From NCBI GenBank assembly GCA_963808235.1, contig CAWEEQ010000004.1, forward strand, positions 1,248,001 through 1,312,000: 64,000 nt of DNA, read 5' to 3'. Under the pieces are notes generated by a model. The model saw only the letters and a program-made list of their open reading frames with translations, had not been told where the DNA came from and did no database searches. The position numbers and the translations under genes are program-made. Each line of letters opens with the position of its first letter. Position 1 is the first letter of the stretch. Below are positions 41,764 to 49,629 of this stretch, piece after piece. The DNA is from an uncultured delta proteobacterium (GTDB taxonomy: Bacteria > Desulfobacterota > Binatia > Binatales > Binataceae).

Positions 41764-43393
41764 CCGCAATCACCAACGGTGGCAAATGCAGATACGTAAT
41801 CGAGGCCGAGCGCCCGAGCTCCGCGGTCGCCATCGCGATTGCCTCGTCGAGCGTGTCAGCCGCTTCCCATCCCATTCGCGCCGCTACTTCAGGCTCTTCG
41901 CAGCCCGCCGCAATCACGCGGCCAAGGTGCTGACGCGCCGGCTCGCCCCAGTACCACATGTAGAATGGATGCACCCCGTGATACGCGTTGCCGTAGCGAT
42001 ACATATGGATGTAAGTCGGGTTGCGTGCGAACTCATGCTCGAAATTCTTCTCGAGTTCGACCGCGTCGGTCGTCTCGGCGAGGCATCGATGGAAAAACTC
42101 GATGTAACTCGGATGATGCTCGGGATGAAACTCGTCGCGCAGCGGATGACAAACGATCATGGTGCCACCTTCTCGCACCAGCGGCTTGTTGCGGTACATG
42201 TTGAACAGGTAACCGAGTCCGGTGCACTGCGCGAGAATCGGATTCATGATCGAGTTCACGTTGTACGGACAGATGTACGGGACCCCGACGATCAGAATGT
42301 CGGCCTGACCCTTCACCGGCACCGCGTATTGTTGGAAGACTCGCGCGAGCGCCTTCTGATGCACCGTCTCGGTGTCGCCCGCCCACACCCCGATCATTCC
42401 GTAGGGCGCCGCATAGTTGTGCAGCACCTGGCGGCGAAGCTCGCTCGACATGTTGCGCAGCGTCCACTGAAAACCCTTCAACCGCGTGCGATCCCAATCG
42501 CTGAACTGGTCTTCGTTCTTGTGCAGGAAATCGAGCATCCCGCCGTACATCCGAGTGTTCACCGCGGTCTCGATCTGAAAAATATTCAGCGATTCGTGGA
42601 TGAGCTTGCCCATCCGATCCGACGAGCGATGCAGCGCCGAGCGCGTGGGATCCATGTACGAATGCGAATCGCGCAGCGTCTGCGGGTTATGGTGATGACG
42701 CAGGCTCTGATACGGCGCGAGACCCACGGCAACCGACTTATGCCCGCCGTCCATCGGCACCAGGTTGATATTCAGATAGATGAGCAGGTCGGAATCCGCG
42801 GCGCGCTTCGAGAGCCAGACTTCCTCGCCATGGCCGGTTTTGCCGAGCATCGCAAGCTCGGCGCGATTTTCCGCGTCGAAATTGTATAGCCGGTCCGGCC
42901 AGTACTGTTTGAACGCGCGCTCGCCCACGATTCGGCGAATCTCCGCCTCCGTCATCCGCCGATGTAGCGAAGTGGCGATCACAAGGTGCACGTCATCGAC
43001 GCCGTAGTCGGCGAGAGTCTGCAGCACCTGGTTCAGGAGGCGCTCGCGGATGTCGGGCCGGCGCATCTGCGGCAGCGGCAAACTGATGTCGTCGATAGCG
43101 ATCGTCACGCGCATGTTGGGACTCAACTGCGCGAACAACGGATCCTGGTTTTCAGGATGAAGCAGCGCGTAGCGAATCGCCTGGTCGGCATCCGCGAGCG
43201 GCTCCAGCGGCGGCGGTGGATAGATCACTCGCGTGCCCACCGGCAGCTTCTCGAACAGGAACTCTTCGCCGCAAGGAATGATCCGGCGCTCGGAACGCCG
43301 GTTGACGGTCACGACCAGGTCGCGGCGCGCACCGACTTCATGACGAAGCTCGGCGGGCTTGAGTTCCTTGAGCTTGCCTTCAGGACGCGCCAT
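41753..43393 (-). CDS. Lactate racemase-like (LarA/DUF2088) domain protein
   Basis: IAIDDISLP, IATSLHRRMT, DGGHKS, L.REGG.MI; overlaps both neighbouring genes. Confidence 0.8.
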   Translation of the reverse strand: MARPEGKLKELKPAELRHEVGARRDLVVTVNRRSERRIIPCGEEFLFEKLPVGTRVIYPPPPLEPLADADQAIRYALLHPENQDPLFAQLSPNMRVTIAIDDISLPLPQMRRPDIRERLLNQVLQTLADYGVDDVHLVIATSLHRRMTEAEIRRIVGERAFKQYWPDRLYNFDAENRAELAMLGKTGHGEEVWLSKRAADSDLLIYLNINLVPMDGGHKSVAVGLAPYQSLRHHHNPQTLRDSHSYMDPTRSALHRSSDRMGKLIHESLNIFQIETAVNTRMYGGMLDFLHKNEDQFSDWDRTRLKGFQWTLRNMSSELRRQVLHNYAAPYGMIGVWAGDTETVHQKALARVFQQYAVPVKGQADILIVGVPYICPYNVNSIMNPILAQCTGLGYLFNMYRNKPLVREGGTMIVCHPLRDEFHPEHHPSYIEFFHRCLAETTDAVELEKNFEHEFARNPTYIHMYRYGNAYHGVHPFYMWYWGEPARQHLGRVIAAGCEEPEVAARMGWEAADTLDEAIAMATAELGRSASITYLHLPPLVIADVE

Positions 43394-44201
43394 TCGAACC
43401 TCGCCTGTTTTGCTCGCGGTCTTCTTCGTCGTCGAAGTTGGATTCGCCAATATCGTCCAGGACCGCGTCGCCGTCCGAAGAAACACGGTCGTTCGAAAAA
43501 GCCAGATCGCGCGAAGACGGACTCTTCTCGAAACGGATCACAGGCCATTGCCGATTGGTCGCCGCGGTGAACAACTTGCGATCGGGATTGACGGCTACCG
43601 GATGCCCCAACGCGGCGAGGAACGCCGTGTCGTAGTGCGAGTCCGCGTACCCCCAACAATCGGCGAGGTCGATATCCCGCTCGGCGGCATATTGCGCGCA
43701 CCAGACCGCCTTCTCGTCGCTGGCCATCACCGGCGCTTTAAGTCGCCCCGTCGCCACGCCTCGGCTGAAGACGAATCGGTTGGCGGCGAAGTCTGCGATC
43801 TCCAGATGCCGCGCGAGCGGTTCCACGATGAAATCCGGCGAGCCGGTTACCAGCACCGGCGCGATACCGGCGCTGCGATTCGCCTCGATCAGCTCGACCG
43901 CCAGCGGATACAGGTTGCGAATCAGTACCCGCTCGCAATATTCTTCGCCGAGCGAGAACAGGCGATCGCGCGAGACACCCTTGAAAGCCTCGAACAGGAC
44001 CGTGTTCAAGAGCCGCCGATCGCGGCGCTCGGCAAGGTAGAGTTGCGGGATTCGCGCCGCGAAGCCGAACAGGTACGACAGCCGCCCGCTCCATTCGCCG
44101 ACGTTGGCGAGCATAAAAAGCGCTGCATGCACCAGGTTCAAGCCGACCAGGGTGCCGTCGAGGTCGTAAAAAGCGGCGCGGCGCTTTTTCACTCGCGCCA
44201 T
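43380..44201 (-). CDS. HAD-IB family hydrolase (SerB-like phosphatase)
   Basis: FYDLDGTL, VTGS, K, YADSHYD...L...GHPVAVNPD. Confidence 0.9.
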   Translation of the reverse strand: MARVKKRRAAFYDLDGTLVGLNLVHAALFMLANVGEWSGRLSYLFGFAARIPQLYLAERRDRRLLNTVLFEAFKGVSRDRLFSLGEEYCERVLIRNLYPLAVELIEANRSAGIAPVLVTGSPDFIVEPLARHLEIADFAANRFVFSRGVATGRLKAPVMASDEKAVWCAQYAAERDIDLADCWGYADSHYDTAFLAALGHPVAVNPDRKLFTAATNRQWPVIRFEKSPSSRDLAFSNDRVSSDGDAVLDDIGESNFDDEEDREQNRRGSNGAS

Positions 44202-44220
44202 GGCGCCATCTTTGTGGGAA

Positions 44221-44234
44221 ACTGACATGTCAGT
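44221..44234. promoter_or_regulatory. Perfect 14-bp palindrome, candidate TetR operator
   Basis: ACTGACATGTCAGT between the TetR stop (44235) and the HAD ATG (44201). Confidence 0.55.
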
Positions 44235-44900
44235 CTAGTTTTTGCTCCAAAAAAAAGGGTCCGGGTCGGGGCCGGACTCGCTCGCCGACTCGCCCTGAGG
44301 ACGGATAAACTTCAGCAGCTCCGGCCGCGCCACTCCGCGCAGTCCGAAGTCGAGGATCTCTTCGACGAATTCCTGCTTGTCGATCCCGCGGCTGCGCGAG
44401 ATCATGCCGATTACCTCCTTGATGCCGCCCAAAATCGCGTACGAGGTCGCGCGCGTGTTCGATTTGCGCACCAGGTTCATTTCGATTCCCAAATCCAGCG
44501 AACGCTGAATCAGCGCCGCGATTCGATCGTAAAAATCCTGGATTTTCTCGTCGAGCTCGCGGTCGAAGCCGGTCGAATGATTGAGCAGGATGTCGGTGAG
44601 TTCGCGTTCGGTGAGCACGTATGCGAGCACCCGCTCGAGGTTATCGCGCAACTGTTGCACCGGATCGGGATGCCCCGGGCCAACCCGCAGCCGTTCAATC
44701 CTGGTCGTCAGTTCGCCGACCACTTGCTCGAGCAGTTCCTCGAAAAGGTCTTTCTTGTTCTGAAAATAAAGATAAAAGGTGCCCCGCGCGATTCCCGCGC
44801 GCGCAATGATGTCCGCAACGTTGGTCCTGTGATAACCCTTGCGAGCAAAGATACGTTTGGCGTGGCGCAACACTTGCGCGCGTCGTGCTTGACGTTCCAT
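44235..44900 (-). CDS. TetR/AcrR family transcriptional regulator
   Basis: FARKGYHRTNVADIIARAGIARGTFYLYFQNK HTH. Confidence 0.93.
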   Translation of the reverse strand: MERQARRAQVLRHAKRIFARKGYHRTNVADIIARAGIARGTFYLYFQNKKDLFEELLEQVVGELTTRIERLRVGPGHPDPVQQLRDNLERVLAYVLTERELTDILLNHSTGFDRELDEKIQDFYDRIAALIQRSLDLGIEMNLVRKSNTRATSYAILGGIKEVIGMISRSRGIDKQEFVEEILDFGLRGVARPELLKFIRPQGESASESGPDPDPFFWSKN

Positions 44901-44933
44901 CGGGGGTGCCTTGGGCAGAATTCCGGCGACTTC

Positions 44934-44963
44934 AGGCTAGTCCACGAATACTTTTAGTGTCAA
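44934..44963 (-). promoter_or_regulatory. Putative sigma-70 promoter for tetR and the lipid operon
   Basis: Minus strand TTGACA-N18-TAGCCT, 33 nt upstream of the TetR ATG. Confidence 0.45.
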
Positions 44964-45011
44964 ACCAATATCGGCGTAGAATTTCGTGCCAAAACTTCTT
45001 GAGGAGAACGA

Positions 45012-45467
45012 TTGATGAGCGACCCATCTTTTTGGAACAAAGTCCACGCGGCTGCCAGCAAAGCAACATGGGCATATCTCGCGACCGCCGACGGAAATCA
45101 GCCCAAAGTTCGCGTCGTGCATCCCGCGTTCGAAGGCGAACGCGTATGGGTCGCGACCGGCCGCGGCTCGGCGAAGGCCCGCCAGATCGGAAAAAATTCC
45201 AACGTGGAACTCTTCTACCAGATTGGCGCCGAGATGGTTCATCTGACCGTGACTGGGAAGGCGACCTTTGTCGCGGACCCGGCCGAGAAGAAGCGAATCT
45301 GGAACGGGAAGGTGTTCGATTACGATCTCAGTCAGTTCTGGCCGGCCGGGCCCGACGCGGATGACTTTGGCCTGATGCTGATAACACCGGCGCGCATTGA
45401 GCTGACGTCGTTGTCTGAGATGACGACCGGAAAGAAGCCTGAAGTCTGGCGCAGTGCTAAAAAGTGA
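45012..45467 (+). CDS. Pyridoxamine 5'-phosphate oxidase-like (FMN split-barrel) protein
   Basis: YLATADGNQPKVR...T...S.KARQI..N.NVEL; GAGGAG RBS. Confidence 0.85.
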   Translation: MMSDPSFWNKVHAAASKATWAYLATADGNQPKVRVVHPAFEGERVWVATGRGSAKARQIGKNSNVELFYQIGAEMVHLTVTGKATFVADPAEKKRIWNGKVFDYDLSQFWPAGPDADDFGLMLITPARIELTSLSEMTTGKKPEVWRSAKK

Positions 45468-45660
45468 TTACTCACATCGACTGGCTATTCAACGATTAGC
45501 TACTTTGAGCATTATTGTGAGGCATGAAATGTAGTAAACTATCTGTTCCGCGCCGACCAAAATACATAGTCAAGTAGTTACCTTAGTAACACCGCGCACT
45601 CCTCTCATTTCGCGCTTCGATCTCAGTATGTGAGCGACTGAAATAAAAGAGGGGTATACA

Positions 45661-46905
45661 ATGTTAAGAAGCTCGAAGGTCGGGCGCGGCTCGGTTGGGC
45701 GATGGACAGTGGCGGCGGGAGCGTTGATCGTCGCGCTCACTGTCACGGCTTCCGCTTCCAATTCATTCGCCACCATTATTGAGGCCTGTCAGAGGCGCAA
45801 CGGCAGAATTCTGATCGTCGATCCCAAGGGCTCCAAGGGTCCAGCGCATTGTGATCAGGACGAGACCCTGATCACCTGGAACGTACAGGGTCTGACGGGT
45901 CAGATGGGTCAGCAAGGTCCGGCAGGTCCGGTGGGTCAAGCAGGTCCGGCAGGTCAGGCAGGGTCAGCGGGGCCTGCGGGACCACTGGGTCCTATCGGAT
46001 CGGCGGGACCGTCGGGACCGAGTGGCCCGATGGGTAACGCCGGCGCGGCCGGACTGACCGGACCAGCGGGACCGAGTGGCCCGATGGGTGACACCGGCGC
46101 GGCCGGACCAACCGGACCAGCGGGACCGAGTGGCCCGATGGGTGACACCGGCGCGGCCGGACTGACCGGACCAGCGGGACCGAGTGGCCCGATGGGTGAC
46201 ACCGGCGCGGCCGGACCGACCGGACCCTCGGGACCGAGTGGCCCGATGGGTGACACCGGCGCGGCCGGACCGACCGGACCCTCGGGATCGAGTGGCCCGA
46301 TAGGTAACACCGGGGCGGCCGGACCGACCGGACCAGCAGGCGCTGACGGAGCCTCTGGCGCTACTGGCGCGACAGGTCCCTTGGGACCATCAGGGCCAGC
46401 GGGCGCGGACGGATCTGCGGGAGCTACTGGAGCGACTGGCCCCTCTGGTCCGACAGGTGCGACCGGTTCGAGTTCGGCGCTGGTCTTTGGCGGCACTCAA
46501 AACAGCTCGATGGACGTCACCAATCCGACCTATATGGGTCCAGGCAACGGCGTCCTTGTCACAGCCGTCCAGACCACCGGGACCCAAACGGTTGGCGTCC
46601 CGATGCCAGTCGCGGGCATCCTGAGCAATCTCCAGATACATATCACGAACCCTATGTTTGAGCCTCTGGGTTTGGATTCCTGGACATTCAATGTATGCGT
46701 GAACAACACCTGCACGAATGGTTTGGCATGCACGATAAACAGCGGGATAATTCCAACCACGGTGTGCAGTGACAACGTCGACACCGTGAGCTTTGCCGCT
46801 GGTGACCTCCTGACGATTCAGGCAGTGCCGACCAACAATTCAGGTCTACTGCCAGCTACGCCGGCGGGTTTCTCGGCCACCTACGCGCCGCTGCCGCCGA
46901 CGTAA
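45661..46905 (+). CDS. Secreted collagen-like (Gly-X-Y) protein
   Basis: Signal peptide, Cys-containing N-domain ending ITWNVQG, long uninterrupted GXY tract, Cys-containing beta-rich C-domain. Confidence 0.9.
   Translation: MLRSSKVGRGSVGRWTVAAGALIVALTVTASASNSFATIIEACQRRNGRILIVDPKGSKGPAHCDQDETLITWNVQGLTGQMGQQGPAGPVGQAGPAGQAGSAGPAGPLGPIGSAGPSGPSGPMGNAGAAGLTGPAGPSGPMGDTGAAGPTGPAGPSGPMGDTGAAGLTGPAGPSGPMGDTGAAGPTGPSGPSGPMGDTGAAGPTGPSGSSGPIGNTGAAGPTGPAGADGASGATGATGPLGPSGPAGADGSAGATGATGPSGPTGATGSSSALVFGGTQNSSMDVTNPTYMGPGNGVLVTAVQTTGTQTVGVPMPVAGILSNLQIHITNPMFEPLGLDSWTFNVCVNNTCTNGLACTINSGIIPTTVCSDNVDTVSFAAGDLLTIQAVPTNNSGLLPATPAGFSATYAPLPPT
46014..46337 (+). repeat. Six tandem 54-bp repeats in the collagen tract
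   Basis: Unit GGGACCGAGTGGCCCGATGGGTGACACCGGCGCGGCCGGAC(T/C)GACCGGACC(AG/CT)C starting at 46014, 46068, 46122, 46176, 46230 and 46284. Confidence 0.92.
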
Positions 46906-46924
46906 AAATCACCAACACGAAAAC

Positions 46925-46962
46925 ACTCGGCCCCCGATGCATCGACGCCTCGGGGGCCGAGT
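46925..46962. terminator. Hairpin/terminator between convergent collagen and ferredoxin genes
   Basis: 13-bp stem ACTCGGCCCCCGA / TCGGGGGCCGAGT; short U tract on the minus strand. Confidence 0.7.
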
Positions 46963-46980
46963 CTCCACACTGGGATTCGT

Positions 46981-47481
46981 TCACCCCCGCACGCGCTCAC
47001 GGGCGAAGATCGCACGCTCTTCCGCGGTCATCTTTTCGCGGATTCGCGATCCTTTGCCGAGATGCCGATACTGGCCGCCTTCCGAAAAATATTCTTCCCA
47101 TGGCTCGGGCGGAGCCGGCTCATCGGGCGGCGTGTCGGTGACCTTAACGCCGAGAACGTTTTCGACCAGGCTGGTGTCGTACATTCGGACCGCATCGTAG
47201 TCGGTCAGCAGCGCGCAGACCTCGACGCAGATGTAACATCCGATGCATTCCTGGAAGCGGTCCTGAACCGGCTGCACGCCGCGGCCCGGAACCGAGCCCG
47301 CCGCCAGATACTCGATGCACTGAACTGGACAGAACTCCGGGCACTTGCCGCACGGGAAGCACAGGTTCACGTCCATGAACGCAACTTCACGCGGCCGCTT
47401 CTTCTTTCGTCCGATTTCTTCGGGAGTCTCCGGGATGCGATCTTCCTTGAGACGACGCTTGATAATTTCGATTGCGCTCAT
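46981..47481 (-). CDS. 2x[4Fe-4S] ferredoxin-like protein
   Basis: CFPCGKCPEFCP and CIGCYICVEVC. Confidence 0.88.
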   Translation of the reverse strand: MSAIEIIKRRLKEDRIPETPEEIGRKKKRPREVAFMDVNLCFPCGKCPEFCPVQCIEYLAAGSVPGRGVQPVQDRFQECIGCYICVEVCALLTDYDAVRMYDTSLVENVLGVKVTDTPPDEPAPPEPWEEYFSEGGQYRHLGKGSRIREKMTAEERAIFARERVRG

Positions 47482-47584
47482 ACAGCTATAGTCACCCGTT
47501 TTATGGGCGCCCGGTCAAGCGCAGCAAATCTGAAAGTGGCGAACGTCTATCCGATCGCGGCGCGTCTACCTGATCGCCAAGCGT

Positions 47585-49192
47585 CTATCTGATCGCAAAA
47601 ATGCGTCCGTCCGAATTTCCAATGTAGAGCATCCCCGATGCCGACACCGCGGTAGTCGTGATCGTGCCGAAACTTCGCGCCGTCCACACGAAATTACCGT
47701 CGTTGCCGAGCATCGCGCCCAATCCGTCGGTCGCCGCGTCGAATACCTCGTCGTAATTGACCGCCGACATTCCGCCGCGATCCGGTTTGACCGACGGCTG
47801 AGTCCATCTGACCTGCCCGTCCGCGAGAACTCCGTAGATTGCATTTGAACCGAAGAAAATTGTTCCTGACGGTGCGACCGCCGGTCCCGCGATCACAGGA
47901 CGCGCTGTGCTGACGTGCCAGAGCGGATTGCCGGTTCTCAGATCGATTGCGTAAAGCGCGCCGCTGAGCGAGCCCGCGTACACCACGTCGTCCGCGTATG
48001 CCAGCGCTCCTGAGAATCCACCCTCAGGAGTGAACTTCCAGATCACGGCGCCATCCGATGCGAGCGATGTGACCGCGCCTCCTGCCGACGCGATCGCAAC
48101 ACCGTCCACCGTAGTTGCGGCCATCGTCGCCCGTCCGACGTGGACTCTCCAGTCGAGCGTTCCGGCACTGCTGACAGATAAGAGATCCGAGCCCGCCGCG
48201 ACATATATGGTGCTATCGGTTGCGGCCAACGGTCCCGGTCCTGCGCCGGTTTCAAGATGCCACTCCGGCACTCCGCTGGCGTCGACCGCCGCGAGCGTCG
48301 ACGTTGACGACATCGCGATCACCGTTCCGTTGGCGAGAACCACGGGCGCCAGGCCCTCCGCCTGCCGCCGCAATGTTTCGTTGCCTGCTGAATCCACCCC
48401 ATGAAGCACGCCGTCATCAGTGATGAAATAAATCGAGCCGTCGTTGCCGGTCGCGATTCGGCCGCGCAATCCCGCGCCCGTATCGAAGCTCCACATCAGG
48501 ATGCCGGCGCTCTGCGCCGACGGTCCGGGGGTGCTCTGAGCCGCAGGAGCGCCATTGCCCTTGAGCGCGGGCGTGACGGTCGGAAGCGGCGTGGGGCACG
48601 GAAATGGCGTGCCGCATACGCCCAAGTCTGCAACGTAGACTCCGACCAGGACGGATTGGCTGATCACACCCGAATTGCTTGCCTGGATGCAGGTGCATCC
48701 GGTGTTTCCGGTCGTATAGATGCCGCCGTTGGGGCCCGACGCCGGCGGAAACAGGATGTCAGGATTCAGCGAGGTCCAAAGCGTGCCCGGAGCGGTCGTC
48801 AGATCCTGGAACTTGGGCTTCGATACTCTTTTCTTCTGAAATGTACCGATCGCATTGAAGAAGACCTGCCCTCCGGTCGGCACTCCGGTCGGTCCCCCCG
48901 GCACCAGCGTCGCCGACGCTGCCGTGGTTGGCGTCAACGTCGCCGTGGGTGTTTTCGTCGGCGTTTTCTTTGGGGTGCGCGTAACACTACCGCTCGGAGT
49001 GGGCGTGAACGTGGGTTCAAATGTCGGAGACCCCGGTGGGCCGTTCTGGATGCTCAAGACTCTAAGTGAAAAACCCGGCGACGGAGTTGGGTTGGAGGAT
49101 GAACCGCCGCCGCCAGTGCAGCTGAGCAAGAGCGCCCCGCAAACGAATAACACAACCGGCGAAATCACCAGCCATCTGAGCCACCGCGACAT
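47585..49192 (-). CDS. Lipoprotein with Pro/Thr linker and PQQ/BamB-like beta-propeller
   Basis: Lipobox LLLSC; TPTKTPTATLTPT linker; propeller blades (GALYAIDLRTGNPLW, LYIGNSDGRIFAI). Confidence 0.85.
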   Translation of the reverse strand: MSRWLRWLVISPVVLFVCGALLLSCTGGGGSSSNPTPSPGFSLRVLSIQNGPPGSPTFEPTFTPTPSGSVTRTPKKTPTKTPTATLTPTTAASATLVPGGPTGVPTGGQVFFNAIGTFQKKRVSKPKFQDLTTAPGTLWTSLNPDILFPPASGPNGGIYTTGNTGCTCIQASNSGVISQSVLVGVYVADLGVCGTPFPCPTPLPTVTPALKGNGAPAAQSTPGPSAQSAGILMWSFDTGAGLRGRIATGNDGSIYFITDDGVLHGVDSAGNETLRRQAEGLAPVVLANGTVIAMSSTSTLAAVDASGVPEWHLETGAGPGPLAATDSTIYVAAGSDLLSVSSAGTLDWRVHVGRATMAATTVDGVAIASAGGAVTSLASDGAVIWKFTPEGGFSGALAYADDVVYAGSLSGALYAIDLRTGNPLWHVSTARPVIAGPAVAPSGTIFFGSNAIYGVLADGQVRWTQPSVKPDRGGMSAVNYDEVFDAATDGLGAMLGNDGNFVWTARSFGTITTTAVSASGMLYIGNSDGRIFAIR

Positions 49193-49284
49193 CAACATCA
49201 AGCAATGAGCTATGACGATGCATTCGCGTGCTGTCAAGTTATCATCGTGTCACGAGAGAAAGTTTCGCACTCAATCGTCAAGAC

Positions 49285-49302
49285 GAATTCAAATTTGAAT
49301 TC
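49285..49302. promoter_or_regulatory. Perfect 18-bp AT-rich palindrome, candidate transcription-factor site
   Basis: GAATTCAAATTTGAATTC, about 90 nt upstream of the beta-propeller lipoprotein gene. Confidence 0.55.
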
Positions 49303-49356
49303 ATATCGACTAATGCGAACGCAAGTGATCGCACGCGGACAAATGATCGCGGAGAA

Positions 49357-49505
49357 CAAAAAAACAAAAAAATGGCGGGCAACTGAAGAGGGGGGGACTC
49401 TCCAATGCCCGCCGTGTTCGTAGCGGCCGTCCGCGTACGCTGCGGACGGTACCTGATTGGAGGGAGGAACATCCAACCAGAGGGTGCCAGAGCCGTCTGC
49501 ACCCA
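49357..49505 (-). ncRNA. Candidate small RNA: four hairpins, C/U-rich loops, intrinsic terminator
   Basis: Minus strand: GGGUGC..GCACCC; CUGGUUGGA-UGUUCCUCCC-UCCAAUCAG; CCGUCCGC-N7-GCGGACGG; GGCGGGCA-UUGGAGAG-UCCCCCC-CUCUUCAG-U-UGCCCGCC then a long U run; AT-rich upstream region; no credible ORF. Confidence 0.65.
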
Positions 49506-49629
49506 ATTAGTGAGACGATTCACTTTTGAGATTATTCAAAGGAGTTCATTCAAGTTAAAAAAATTTTATTTGTTTGCGTCCGCCAGGAGACCGACTAGAC
49601 TTTAATTCCAGAGGATTCGAAAAAAACCC

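Noticed and set aside
46014-46337. CRISPR or non-coding tandem array
   Set aside because: Contiguous 54-bp in-frame units encoding GXY collagen, with no spacers.
49205-49605. Short ORFs across the sRNA region
   Set aside because: Mutually overlapping, no convincing RBS or motifs, and they run through homopolymer tracts; RNA structure explains the sequence better.
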